From assembly GCA_964291295.2 (NCBI GenBank), contig OZ219754.1, forward strand, positions 768,001-832,000: a stretch of 64,000 nucleotides of DNA, written 5' to 3'. The notes under the pieces were generated by a model. It worked only from the letters and a program-made list of their open reading frames with translations. It had not been told where the DNA came from and did not search any database. Of the stretch, positions 1-10,042 are shown in pieces. This stretch comes from an uncultured Candidatus Binatia bacterium (lineage in GTDB: Bacteria > Desulfobacterota > Binatia > UBA9968 > JAJDTQ01). How positions within the stretch are numbered: the first letter of the stretch is position 1; every line of letters starts with the position of its first letter. The position numbers and the translations under genes are program-made.

Positions 1-354
1 AAGATCAACTCCGAGGGCGGCGAGAACGCGGTTCACTGCCATCTGGACGAGGACCACTCTTTCGTGGTGCTGGAAGGCCGCATGTCGGTGTTCGACGAGA
101 AGGGCGATGAGTTGCAGATCGAGAAGTACCAGGGAGTGATGATTCCCAAGGGGGCCTACTACCGCTACCTCAACACGGGCGACGGCAATCTCGTGGTGCT
201 GCGCATCGGCTGCGGCATCGACGCCAAGCCGCAGCGGGGCGACGACGCGCGCCTGCGGCCCGACGGCAAGCCGATCCCCTCCGACTCGGAAGAAAACAAG
301 ACGCTGCCGCCCATCGAGATGCCCGGCAGGTTCTTCGCGGAATCCGCGGGGTAG
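1..354 (+). CDS. Cupin domain protein (5'-truncated by window edge)
   Basis: Frame 1 is open from base 1: GGENAVHCHLDEDHSFVVLEG...VMIPKGAYY matches the cupin HxH..E motif 1 and P-G motif 2. Confidence 0.75.
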   Translation, partial: KINSEGGENAVHCHLDEDHSFVVLEGRMSVFDEKGDELQIEKYQGVMIPKGAYYRYLNTGDGNLVVLRIGCGIDAKPQRGDDARLRPDGKPIPSDSEENKTLPPIEMPGRFFAESAG

Positions 355-555
355 CCGCAGGTCGTGCGCATTTCGTAGCATCTTCGCAGCGCCGTCACCC
401 ACCGGCGCTTCGGGGGCCCGCCCCGGCGGGAGCCTCGAAGCGCCGGCTTCTTCCTGCCAACTCGCCGCGGTGGCGCCAGCACGCCGCCGCCACCGCGCGC
501 CGGAAATCCACCCGCAAGCCCGGGACATGGGCCGGATGCATACCGTTCCCGCGTC

Positions 556-1539
556 ATGATGCAACACACCGGCCAGATCCTCCACGACATCCTGCTGCCG
601 CTGCTGGTCACGGTGGGCGTGGGCACGCTGATCCACCGGTACCACCCGCTCAGCGTGGAGACGCTCGCGCGCCTCAGCATGTGGCTGTTGGTGCCGTCGT
701 TCCTGTTGATCAAGATCTACGACAGCGACATTCCCTGGAGCGCGATCTGGCTCATCGCCCTGGTCCTGCTGGTGGTCCTGGCCGTCCTGGGATTGCTGCT
801 GTTCGCCGGCAGCCGCGCCATCGGCGCATCCAACGAGACCATCGCCGCCGCCATCCTCGGCAGCCTCGTCTTCAATGCCGGCAACTTCGGCGTCCCCGTT
901 GCCCATCTGCTCTATATCGAGGGCGGTACGCTGTTCCGGGGCCAGCCGGACGCGGACGCGGGCCTGCAGGTCCAGGCTCTGGTGGTGATGCTGAGCAACC
1001 TGCTGATCTGGATCCTGGGCTACATGGTGCTGGCGGTCGCCAAGGGCGGCCGCACCCGGGCGGCCATGGGTTTCTTCAAGCTTCCCATGCCCTACGCGCT
1101 GGCGGCGGCCTTCGCGCTGAGGGAGACCCGCCTGCGGTGGTTCAAGGGCGTCGATTTCCTGCCGGTGTGGGCCGCCTTTCCGCTGCGTTCACTGGCCGGC
1201 GCCCTGGTGCCGATGATGCTGGTGGCCCTGGGCGCGCAGCTTGCCCGGGGCGCCCGCTGGCGCCGGTGGCGGGAGGTGGTGCCAATCGCCGTCATCAAGC
1301 TCCTGGCCGTGCCCGCGCTCGTCGGCGGCGCGGTCTACGCCTGCGGCCTCTGGCCCTGGCCCGGCGCCCACCTCATCATCGGCGCCGCCGCACCCACCGC
1401 CGTCAACACCCTGATCCTGACACTGGAACTCGACGGCGACGCCGAGCTGACCGGCGACGTGGTATTCTGGACCACGATCTTCTCCGGGGCCACCGTGGCC
1501 GGCGTCATCGCAGTGGTGACTACGCTGGGCGGGGCCTGA
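556..1539 (+). CDS. AEC (auxin efflux carrier/malate permease) family transporter
   Basis: About 10 hydrophobic segments, FNAGNFGVP and AAAPTAVN motifs. Confidence 0.85.
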   Translation: MMQHTGQILHDILLPLLVTVGVGTLIHRYHPLSVETLARLSMWLLVPSFLLIKIYDSDIPWSAIWLIALVLLVVLAVLGLLLFAGSRAIGASNETIAAAILGSLVFNAGNFGVPVAHLLYIEGGTLFRGQPDADAGLQVQALVVMLSNLLIWILGYMVLAVAKGGRTRAAMGFFKLPMPYALAAAFALRETRLRWFKGVDFLPVWAAFPLRSLAGALVPMMLVALGAQLARGARWRRWREVVPIAVIKLLAVPALVGGAVYACGLWPWPGAHLIIGAAAPTAVNTLILTLELDGDAELTGDVVFWTTIFSGATVAGVIAVVTTLGGA

Positions 1540-1622
1540 CGGCGGCGTTTCCGCCCTCACCGCAAACCAACGCCCGCGACCGTTGCCGAGGACCGGGAAA
1601 GACCCGGGCAGGACCGCCGGAT

Positions 1623-1662
1623 GGCGGGGCTTCCCTTGACTCGGCGGGGCTTCCCTTGACTC
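1623..1662. repeat. Perfect 20-bp tandem duplication (ggcggggcttcccttgactc x2) upstream of SDR
   Basis: Read directly; each unit contains TTGACT, a -35-like hexamer. Confidence 0.85.
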
Positions 1663-1825
1663 GACCCGGGAGTTGTGTCGTCAAGAAGACCGGGGGCGGC
1701 GGAAGGGATCCACGCAGGCTGTCTGCCAGGGGGACCGGCAAGGCGGCCCATTGCCCGCGCATGCCGCCGCGCCCGCCGCGAATGCGGGTCCGCGGGACAC
1801 CACCGCGCCATACGGGAGGAATCGC

Positions 1826-2611
1826 ATGAGACTTGCAGAACAGGTCGCCGTCGTCGTCGGCGGCGCCCGCGGCATCGGCGAAGCCATTGCCCATACCTTC
1901 GCCCGCGAGGGTGCAAAGATCATCCTGGTGGACCTGGAGAAGACCAAGCCCGAGCTTGACGGCGTGGTTCGAGCCATCCGGCGGAACGGCGGAGAGGCGA
2001 CCGCACTGACGGCCGACGCCACCGACGCGGCGCAGGTCGAGCGCATGGTGGCCGACGTCGTGAGCCGCTGGGGCCGGCTGGACATCCTCGTCAACAGCGT
2101 CGGCTTCCGCGGCCCCATGGTGCCGGTACACGAGATCACCGAAGAAGATTGGGACGCCGTCCTCGAGGTCAACCTCAAGGCGGCCTTTCTCTGCTGCAAG
2201 GCCGCGCTGAAGGTAATGATGGAGCGGAAGCGCGGCAGCATCGTCAGCATCTCGGGCACCGCCGGGCGCGAAGGCATGGCGCTGCGCGGCTCCCTGTGCG
2301 CCGCCAAGTGGGGCCTTCTGGGACTCACCCAGACCATCGCAAGGGAGGCCGGCCCCTCCGGCGTCCGCGCCAACGTCATCTGCCCCGGCGGCATGGACGA
2401 GGCCGACCTGCGGGACATGTACCGGGAACGGGCGAAAGGACTCGGCGTCTCCTTCGAGGCGCTGGAGAAGAGCGTCCTGGCACAGACCCCGCTGCGGAAA
2501 CACGCCCGGCACCAGGAAGTCGCCAACGCCGCCCTCTTCCTCGCCTCCGACGACTCCTCCCACACCACCGGCGAAGCACTGAACGTCTCGGGCGGCCGGC
2601 TGATGTCATGA
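1826..2611 (+). CDS. SDR family NAD(P)-dependent oxidoreductase
   Basis: GGARGIG, LDILVN and ANVICPGG motifs; GGAGG RBS before ATG 1826. Confidence 0.9.
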   Translation: MRLAEQVAVVVGGARGIGEAIAHTFAREGAKIILVDLEKTKPELDGVVRAIRRNGGEATALTADATDAAQVERMVADVVSRWGRLDILVNSVGFRGPMVPVHEITEEDWDAVLEVNLKAAFLCCKAALKVMMERKRGSIVSISGTAGREGMALRGSLCAAKWGLLGLTQTIAREAGPSGVRANVICPGGMDEADLRDMYRERAKGLGVSFEALEKSVLAQTPLRKHARHQEVANAALFLASDDSSHTTGEALNVSGGRLMS

Positions 2612-2778
2612 GCCGCCCGGGCGGTGACGGACACGCACCGTTGAACCACCAGTGGAAATCTGCGAGACTCGCCCCATGCATGCTGGCATAAGTGTTGCTG
2701 ATACAACCTTATGTGTGGAGTGTATCCCAATTGACCGGAGCGGCAGTGTTGCCGAACGTCTCAGGGTCGGGAAGTCCC

Positions 2779-4026
2779 ATGGGATCGCCTCACAGGCAAC
2801 CTAAGTTGCCGAAATATAATCACAAACTTTCTTCCCCGGGTACTTCGGCGTTCTCGTATCCAGAGCAGGGCATATACCTTGATTATGCTGCGACGACCCC
2901 GGTTGCGCCGGAAGTCGCGCACACGATGGCCAAGTTTCTGACGGCCGACGGCGTCTTTGGAAACCCGCACTCCGTCACCCACCGCTTTGGGCATGCAGCT
3001 TCGGAGGCCGTTGAGGAGGCCCGCGAACATGTCGCGGCGTTGATTGGTGCCGAGGCCGATGACATCTTCTGGACCTCGGGTGCAACAGAGTCGATCAATC
3101 TGGCCATCAAGGGAGCACTGTTATCCCCTGGCGTACACGGCCGGCACCTGCTCGTCTCCTCACTTGAGCATAGAGCGGTACTCGACACCGCACGCTGGCT
3201 CTCCGACAAAGACCTTGACGTGACGTACCTTGCGCCTGATGCGGATGGTTTGATCACACCGGAGGTCGTCCGCGCGGGCCTTCGACCGGACACCGCGCTG
3301 GTCTCTCTCATGCACGTCAACAATGAGGTCGGCACCGTCACCGACATTTCGAGCGTCGCCCGCATGGTGCGGAACAACGGAACACTGCTTCATGTTGACG
3401 CCGCACAAAGTGCCGCACGACTCCCGATCGATGTATCGCTGATGGACGTCGATCTGCTGTCATTGAGCAGCCACAAGATCTACGGCCCGAAAGGAGTGGG
3501 GGCATTGTTTGTGCGGCGGTCTGTTCAGCCGTTGCTTGTGCCTCAAATCCACGGAGGCGGGCAGGAACATGGATTGCGGGCCGGTACGCTGGCGACCCAT
3601 CAGGTCGTTGGCATGGGAGCGGCGGCACGGCTCCTTGACGACTGTCAGAGTAGCGACGCGGAACGAGTGGCAGCCATTGACCGACGCCTCCTTGGCTGGC
3701 TGGTCGGAATTGAGGGGGCAGTCGTCAACGGCAACCGTATCGCACGAGTCCCAGGCATACTGAACATCGCCTTTCCAGGCGTGGAGGCCGAATCGCTGAT
3801 GCTGGCTCTTGACAAAGTGGCGGTCTCGGCAGGCTCCGCGTGCACGGCTTCATCCATTGAGCCCTCACACGTACTGGAAGGACTTGGTGTCACCGACACG
3901 CTGGCACTCTCCTCCGTACGATTCAGCGTGGGTCGCTATACGACGGAGGCGGACGTCGACACCGCTGGACAACGCGTTCATGACGCCGTGGCGGCTCTCC
4001 GGACCATTAGGGGCATTACGGTATGA
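2779..4026 (+). CDS. dndA: Cysteine desulfurase, IscS/DndA-like (start uncertain, 2692-2870)
   Basis: YLDYAATTP, SGATES, HVDAAQ, SSHKIYGPKG (PLP Lys), SAGSAC (catalytic Cys); ATGA-coupled to the dndC-like gene. Confidence 0.85.
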   Translation: MGSPHRQPKLPKYNHKLSSPGTSAFSYPEQGIYLDYAATTPVAPEVAHTMAKFLTADGVFGNPHSVTHRFGHAASEAVEEAREHVAALIGAEADDIFWTSGATESINLAIKGALLSPGVHGRHLLVSSLEHRAVLDTARWLSDKDLDVTYLAPDADGLITPEVVRAGLRPDTALVSLMHVNNEVGTVTDISSVARMVRNNGTLLHVDAAQSAARLPIDVSLMDVDLLSLSSHKIYGPKGVGALFVRRSVQPLLVPQIHGGGQEHGLRAGTLATHQVVGMGAAARLLDDCQSSDAERVAAIDRRLLGWLVGIEGAVVNGNRIARVPGILNIAFPGVEAESLMLALDKVAVSAGSACTASSIEPSHVLEGLGVTDTLALSSVRFSVGRYTTEADVDTAGQRVHDAVAALRTIRGITV

Positions 4027-5195
4027 AGGCATCGACGGATTCCCATACCAGCCGTAGTCGCTTGACGAGTCTACCGACGCGCCTCAACAAGATTGCGGAC
4101 ACGCTTCGAGGCGAGTACGGGCGAAAGCACAGCCATCCCTGGATTGTTGCCTATTCCGGAGGGAAAGACTCTACCCTTCTCCTGCAGATGATTTGGGAAA
4201 CCGTGATGGCGCTGCCGACAGAGCGGCGTCACCGATCCATCCTGGTCGTCGGCAACGACACTCTCGTTGAGTCGCCACTCGTCATTCGACATATGCGAGA
4301 ATCGCTCAAAGTGATCGGAGACGCCGCCGCGGCACAAGAAATGCCCGTCGACATTCGTGTCACCACACCAGCCATCGACCAGACATTCTGGGTCAGTGTG
4401 ATAGGGCGAGGCTACATCCCGCCCACAAGGAATTTTCGGTGGTGCACGGACCGGATGAAAATTCGGCCGACCAGCCAGTTGCTGCGGGACATCGTGAGGG
4501 AGTACGGAGGAGCCTTTCTCCTGATTGGTACCCGCCGGAGCGAATCGCAAAACCGGCAGCGCGGCATGGACCGGCGCAAGGTGTCTGCCGGAAAAGCCAA
4601 TCATCACGACTCTGTAGACGGCTGCCGTATCTTCTCTCCACTTGCCGACCTCGACGATGACGATGTCTGGATGGTCTTGATGCAGCGCCGCCCGCCTTGG
4701 GGTGGCACCCATCGCCACCTAATCACTCTCTATCGTCAGGCTGGCGGGGGCGAATGCCCTCTGGTCATGACCCGGGATGACGCACCATCCTGTGGCACTT
4801 CCTCCCCGCGGTTCGGTTGTTGGACATGCACCGTGGTCGCCAAAGACCGCAGTCTTCGGGGCCTGATCGACTCGGGACACAAGGACGCCACGAAGATGGA
4901 AAGCCTGTCGGACTTCCGCGAGTGGCTCATCGCTCTGCGTGAGGACAACAGCAATCGCCTACCTGTGCGCCGCGACGGTAACCCGCGGAACCGTGCTGAC
5001 GGCTCCCAAGTATTCGGTCCGTTCACCCTAGCCGTTCGTGAAACCATTCTGGAACGACTCCTCGCACTGGAGAAAACGATCGGCGACACCCTCATCAGCC
5101 CGGCCGAGATCGAGTGCATCGAAGATGTCTGGTGGCGTGACAGAATCACCGAAAACGGACGCCTCGCCCTGCTCGAATCCGTAAACGCCCCATGA
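4023..5195 (+). CDS. dndC: DndC-like DNA phosphorothioation sulfurtransferase (PAPS-reductase/PP-loop fold)
   Basis: AYSGGKDS PP-loop, NDTLVESP, GRGYIPP...FRWCTDRMKIRP, GTRRSES, GGECP, RFGCWTCTVV (Fe-S cysteines), GPFTL. Confidence 0.85.
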   Translation: MKASTDSHTSRSRLTSLPTRLNKIADTLRGEYGRKHSHPWIVAYSGGKDSTLLLQMIWETVMALPTERRHRSILVVGNDTLVESPLVIRHMRESLKVIGDAAAAQEMPVDIRVTTPAIDQTFWVSVIGRGYIPPTRNFRWCTDRMKIRPTSQLLRDIVREYGGAFLLIGTRRSESQNRQRGMDRRKVSAGKANHHDSVDGCRIFSPLADLDDDDVWMVLMQRRPPWGGTHRHLITLYRQAGGGECPLVMTRDDAPSCGTSSPRFGCWTCTVVAKDRSLRGLIDSGHKDATKMESLSDFREWLIALREDNSNRLPVRRDGNPRNRADGSQVFGPFTLAVRETILERLLALEKTIGDTLISPAEIECIEDVWWRDRITENGRLALLESVNAP

Positions 5196-6967
5196 CCCGG
5201 GTCACGTCAGAGGTACTGCTTGTGTCCCAACTCTTCCTCAAGGGACGCTTCACCGTGCCATGGCATCAACGGTACTACGACTGGACCCTGGAACAGGTCA
5301 CCGAACTGCTGGTCGACCTGAAGGAGGCTCGCGACGAAGGCCGATCCAGTTATTTTCTCGGGTCCATCATGCTCGTCAAAGGCGAGGATGTCTGGGAAAT
5401 CAACGACGGCCAACAGCGTCTCATCACGCTTTCCCTGCTTTTTGCGGCGTTTGGCCGTCGGTTCGCAAGGAACCGGGAAAGCGACGGTGGCCGCGAGATG
5501 CTCGCATTACGCGTCCTGTTCGACCGTCCTGACACCGCCGTCGATAATTTTGACGATACGACACGCGCAGTACCGCGCATCAAGCCGCCACGTCAGGACC
5601 GATCGCGTTTTACTCAGATTATCCGTGGACTCGATATCGGCACGAACGGCAAACTGACCTCGACCTGGAATGAGGTGGCGCTGTTCGTCAGTGCAATGGG
5701 TTCACCTGAAACCCGAATGTTCTTCGACTTCCTTGTGGAGAAGGTTGAGGTTGGTGTTCTCTACGTCCCGAAGACAGAAGACGCCAACGCCGTCTTCGAG
5801 GCCTTGAACGGGCGTGGCAAACGATTGGACGATGTCGATCTGATCCGGAACCATCTCTACTCATACTTCAGCGATTCTACCGATACACAGCGTCGCCAAG
5901 CTGTCCACACACAGCTTGAAAACGTACTTGCCACCACTCGAAACCCTACTCGGTCGCAAGAGTACTTCCGCTGCTTTTTCCAGTGCAAGTACGGCTATCT
6001 TCAGAAGAAACGATTTTACCGGGATACGCGCGCGAAAATCCGCAGTTCTGTCGGCCGCCAAGATGGAGACCCATACGTCTACTTGCTCATTCATGAACTT
6101 GCCAAACCCGCCAGTGTTGAACTGTTTCGCACCATCAGTGCCACAAACCCGAGCCAGGAACTGCTTGATGCCTTCTGCAAAGCATCCGGGACCACGATGG
6201 CCAAGCGCAACCTGCCCGTTTTCATTCGGGAACTGCGTGGCTACAAGGTCGTTCAACCATTGATGTTCGCGCTACTGCGGCGGTTTGTCGAGGCTGGAGA
6301 TCAGGACCGGCACTCCGTAGCCAAAGCCGCCCATCGGTGCCTCAGCGATCTCTCCTCCTTCGTGATGCGAGTCTCTTTCTGCGAGGTCAAATTCGAACCA
6401 TCCAGACTCGAGCCGGGATTTGCCAATTGCGCCAGGAGAGTCGCCGCCAGCACCAAGGTCACGGATCTCGATATCACGACCGATCTCGAAGAGTGTGACG
6501 ATTTGCCGATAATGGATGACGCGCGATTTATTGCTCGACTCGTCGAAATACAGATGACCGACTCCCGTCGCGCCAAACGCTTGCTGTTCGGAATCATTGC
6601 CGAACAAGAACCGGAAGGCCGTGCCTTCGACTACGAGGGCTGTTCCGTGGAGCATATCTTGCCGCAGTCGAAAACCTATTGGCCCGGTTGGACCGGCTTC
6701 AAGTCGGCCGGACCCGACCTCCGGGACTGGGTTGCCCGGATCGGCAACCTGACACTGCTGGGCGACAACGTCGCCCATGCTCGGCACAGTTTCAACGCCA
6801 ACTTCGCCGCCAAGAAGCCAGATTTTGAACACAGCCCATTTGCAATGACACGCGACATTGCAAAACATGAGGACTGGACGCCAACGGCAGTGGCCGAACG
6901 CTCAAGGGACCTTGCAAAGGCGGCCAGTCAGGTATGGTGCTTTTCCAGATCCGCGGCGCGAGGATGA
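5192..6967 (+). CDS. DUF262 + DUF1524/HNH nuclease (GmrSD/SspE-like)
   Basis: VPWHQRYYDW, FLGSI, DGQQR, FEALNGRG.L..DLIRN (DUF262); C-terminal VEHILPQ...IGNLTLL...N (HNH-type DUF1524). Confidence 0.88.
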   Translation: MTRVTSEVLLVSQLFLKGRFTVPWHQRYYDWTLEQVTELLVDLKEARDEGRSSYFLGSIMLVKGEDVWEINDGQQRLITLSLLFAAFGRRFARNRESDGGREMLALRVLFDRPDTAVDNFDDTTRAVPRIKPPRQDRSRFTQIIRGLDIGTNGKLTSTWNEVALFVSAMGSPETRMFFDFLVEKVEVGVLYVPKTEDANAVFEALNGRGKRLDDVDLIRNHLYSYFSDSTDTQRRQAVHTQLENVLATTRNPTRSQEYFRCFFQCKYGYLQKKRFYRDTRAKIRSSVGRQDGDPYVYLLIHELAKPASVELFRTISATNPSQELLDAFCKASGTTMAKRNLPVFIRELRGYKVVQPLMFALLRRFVEAGDQDRHSVAKAAHRCLSDLSSFVMRVSFCEVKFEPSRLEPGFANCARRVAASTKVTDLDITTDLEECDDLPIMDDARFIARLVEIQMTDSRRAKRLLFGIIAEQEPEGRAFDYEGCSVEHILPQSKTYWPGWTGFKSAGPDLRDWVARIGNLTLLGDNVAHARHSFNANFAAKKPDFEHSPFAMTRDIAKHEDWTPTAVAERSRDLAKAASQVWCFSRSAARG

Positions 6968-7099
6968 TCCACGAAACTGCATGAGCTTGTAGTTCCCGGG
7001 TCGTAGCGCAAATTCGATGACGAAGTGCATTTCACACGCGGCTATCGCGACGTGTCAACGAGATGCGTCCGAAACGACCGTCTCTGCGTGAATCTTCGA

Positions 7100-8518
7100 A
7101 TGACGCACAACGCTCAGGCTCTCCGGCATGCAGGGGAAGATCAACTCAGGCTTCCCGCACCCCTGCACAACTACCAGTGGGAAGGCGTTGCATTCCTGTA
7201 CCAGTCCACCGCTGCCCTCCTTGCTGACGAGATGGGACTGGGGAAGACCGTCCAGGCGGCGGTCGCCTTGGCACTTCTTCTCAATGGTCAGAAGGGGATC
7301 GACCGAGCCCTGATCGTGGCACCGGCTTCGTTGACCCTGAACTGGATGTCCGAACTCGCCACTTGGGCACCGTCACTTGCGGCGCGACGGCTTCAGGGTG
7401 GAGCCGCCAGCCGGAGGGCCTCCTACCTGTTGCCGATACCTGTCCTCGTTTCCTCTTATGAACAGATCCGTCAGGATGGACTGGACCAGATTCCCAGAGA
7501 TACGTTCGATCTCGTGATCCTGGACGAGGCACAACGCATCAAGAACAGGAACTCGGCAACGGCGCTTGCCTGCCGGCTGCTACCGCGAAAACGTGCGTGG
7601 GCACTGTCCGCGACACCGCTCGAAAACGACCGTGAAGACGTCGCATCGATCCTGGCTTTCCTGGATCCCGATGTTCGTCGAGACCCCGATGCAAGGCGTC
7701 TGAAGGACAGGCTTGAGGCGATGATGCTGCGGAGACGCAAACGCGAAGTACGTGCCGAACTGCCACCCGTCATCGTACAGGATCTCAACCTGGAGCTTTC
7801 CACGCCGCAGAGAATTGCCTATGACGATCTGTGGACGGGGAGGGAGACACAAATCGACAAGGAACGATCGAGCGATTTTCACGCCGCCATGCTGGGACTC
7901 ATTACGCGACTCAAGGTGATCTGCAACTACGATGTGGCAAGCGGTGTTTCATCGAAACTGGAGGCCCTCATAGGCATTTGCGAAGGCGCCGGGCCATCGG
8001 CACGGTTGCTGCTGTTTTCGCAGTTCGTTCAGACCTTGCGACGAATCTCCCGTTCGATCGGAATACCTCACGACCTTTTGACCGGCTCCATGTCGACAAC
8101 CGAAAGACAAGTTTCGATCGACCGGTTCAGGACCGGCCAAACCCCGAGAGCCCTGTTGGTTTCCCTTCGCGCCGGCGGCGTCGGCCTTAACCTCGGGGAA
8201 GCCACCCACTCGGTTCTGTTCGACCGATGGTGGAACCCAGCGGTTGAGTTCCAGGCAATCTACAGAGCGCACCGCTTCGATCGGGAAGAGCCCCTGCATG
8301 TCATTCGTTTCGTGGTCCGAGATTCGATCGAAGAGCGAATTGCTTCGGTACTCGACCGGAAAGAGGCCCTGTTCGATGAGATCGTTGAATCTGCAGGAGC
8401 GGCACGGGGCCGACTCACCCAGCGGGAACTGATGGAGATCCTGGAACTCGTGGAGGGCAATCGCCCGCCCCCCACTCATGCAACCAAAGGAGACGAAAAG
8501 GATGGCGAAAATCGTTGA
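7100..8518 (+). CDS. Minimal SNF2/SWI2-family DEAD/DEAH-box ATPase
   Basis: LADEMGLGKT, DEAQRIKN, LSATPLEN, FSQF, AGGVGLNL, WWNPA, RAHR motifs; no accessory N-terminal domain. Confidence 0.9.
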   Translation: MTHNAQALRHAGEDQLRLPAPLHNYQWEGVAFLYQSTAALLADEMGLGKTVQAAVALALLLNGQKGIDRALIVAPASLTLNWMSELATWAPSLAARRLQGGAASRRASYLLPIPVLVSSYEQIRQDGLDQIPRDTFDLVILDEAQRIKNRNSATALACRLLPRKRAWALSATPLENDREDVASILAFLDPDVRRDPDARRLKDRLEAMMLRRRKREVRAELPPVIVQDLNLELSTPQRIAYDDLWTGRETQIDKERSSDFHAAMLGLITRLKVICNYDVASGVSSKLEALIGICEGAGPSARLLLFSQFVQTLRRISRSIGIPHDLLTGSMSTTERQVSIDRFRTGQTPRALLVSLRAGGVGLNLGEATHSVLFDRWWNPAVEFQAIYRAHRFDREEPLHVIRFVVRDSIEERIASVLDRKEALFDEIVESAGAARGRLTQRELMEILELVEGNRPPPTHATKGDEKDGENR

Positions 8519-9326
8519 GTACCGCGACATACCCCTCGACGACCTGGTGATTGGTCTTGGGCAAGTGCGGACGGACAATACCGGTGCCGGGGTTGAGGAA
8601 CTTGCGGCGAGCATCGAATCCCAGGGTCTGCTTCAACCGATCGTCGTCTGCGAGGCGACAAAACCCGAGAAATGGGAGATCCTCACCGGTCAGCGGCGCT
8701 TCCTCGCTCACAAGATGCTGAAACGAGAGACCATTTCGGCTGCGGTCCTTGACGGTCGTGTCGGAGAGGCACAGGCCAAAGCGATCTCGATTACTGAAAA
8801 CCTGATACGGCGCAAGCTCTCGGGCAAGGAACTCAAGGACGGGATCCTTTATCTGTATAACATCTACGGCAGTGTGAAGGATGTGGTCAAGACAACAGGC
8901 CTGCCTAATCGTGAGGTGCGGGACTACGTGAAGTATCCCCGGCTGGCGGAACCACTGAAGGACATGGTCGACGAAGGAAAAGTGGATATCAATGCCGCCC
9001 TTCGTGCCCAGGACTCGGCAACGGACGACGACGGTGTGGTCCATACCGAGGATGCCCTTGCCCTGGCAAAAGAGATGGCGTCGATGTCAGGAGCTCAACG
9101 CAAGAAGGTGGCACAGGACCGGAAAAACAACCCCGACAAACCAGTCGCGGACGTGATAGAGGATGCGAAGTCCGGGGCCAGAGTCATCCAGATAATTGCA
9201 GAAGTGACACTGGATACGCATCAAGCGATTCGGACGGTTGCACGGGAAGAAGGTATGAACCAAGGAGAAGCAACCGTCTGTCTGATCGAGGAGGCGCTGA
9301 ACGGCCGAGGGCTTCTGGAGCGGTAG
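8502..9326 (+). CDS. ParB/Spo0J/Srx-family protein (N-terminal CTPase-like domain, HTH, possible C-terminal RHH-like tail)
   Basis: ELAASI..QGLLQPIVV, ILTGQRRFLA (GxxR box), ENLIRRKLS; AAGGAGA RBS. Confidence 0.85.
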   Translation: MAKIVEYRDIPLDDLVIGLGQVRTDNTGAGVEELAASIESQGLLQPIVVCEATKPEKWEILTGQRRFLAHKMLKRETISAAVLDGRVGEAQAKAISITENLIRRKLSGKELKDGILYLYNIYGSVKDVVKTTGLPNREVRDYVKYPRLAEPLKDMVDEGKVDINAALRAQDSATDDDGVVHTEDALALAKEMASMSGAQRKKVAQDRKNNPDKPVADVIEDAKSGARVIQIIAEVTLDTHQAIRTVAREEGMNQGEATVCLIEEALNGRGLLER

Positions 9327-9331
9327 CTGTC

Positions 9332-10042
9332 ATGTTGCCAGGCCTGAGCCCTCTGGAACTGGGGCGTCTCCGGATGTCTGTCGGTTACGGGCAGCACAAG
9401 AAGGGGCGTCTCCTCTCGCCGACCGAAGTCGGCATATTGCTACAGCGGGCGTGCAACGCGGGCAGTTCGCTTGACGAATGTGCCAGGGAGATACGAATCG
9501 ACGCGACGGGCCTCCGTCGTTTCCTGCGTATTCTTGATCTTCCGGACGACATCCGACACTTGGTCAGTTGGGGTAGCCCTCGAGATGCTGTGTCGTTCTC
9601 CTGTGCCGCAGAGTTGGCCCGAATTCCGGGAGCCGACGACCAGCGCACGGTTGTCGAAGCAATACTCGTCAACGGGATGAACAGCAAGGAGGTCCGACAG
9701 GTCGCGCAACTTCACGAACGTTCGGGACGACCGGTAAGCAAATGTGTGGAAGAAGTCCTCCACATGAGGCCAACGATCGAACGGCGTTACGTTTTCATCG
9801 GCACCATCATCGACGAGAGTGTACAGCAAGCCCTCGCCGGACTCCCACAAAGAGAAAGAGACGCACTGCTGGCGGCGAGCGTGGAGAAAATCGGCCTCGA
9901 GGGGGCATCCGGACGACTTGGGTCCAAATTTTTCACCTTGGTCGGGGAGGACAGATTCGGCGCGTCAATGGAGCGTGTCGGCAAGCAAGAGATTGAGGCT
10001 CGGCTACGCGCCCATGTCGCGGGGTGTATCGAGAGTGTCTGA
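9332..10042 (+). CDS. Hypothetical protein resembling the HTH/helical C-terminal half of ParB, without the CTPase domain
   Basis: LSPTEVG..L......SLDECAREI......LRRFLRILDLPDDIRHLV...VSFSCAAELARI...DQ..V...I...GM follows the ParB HTH pattern; 5 bp after parB and overlapping the next gene. Confidence 0.6.
   Translation: MLPGLSPLELGRLRMSVGYGQHKKGRLLSPTEVGILLQRACNAGSSLDECAREIRIDATGLRRFLRILDLPDDIRHLVSWGSPRDAVSFSCAAELARIPGADDQRTVVEAILVNGMNSKEVRQVAQLHERSGRPVSKCVEEVLHMRPTIERRYVFIGTIIDESVQQALAGLPQRERDALLAASVEKIGLEGASGRLGSKFFTLVGEDRFGASMERVGKQEIEARLRAHVAGCIESV

Noticed and set aside
4023-5195. Sulfate-assimilation CysH or tRNA thiolase interpretation
   Set aside because: DndC-type motifs (RWCTDRMKI, RFGCWTCTVV) and nuclease neighbours, with no cys or isc genes nearby, favour DNA modification.
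6968-7099. Possible parS site in the island spacer
   Set aside because: Only weak imperfect palindromes (acacg...cgtgt); no match to TGTTTCACGTGAAACA.
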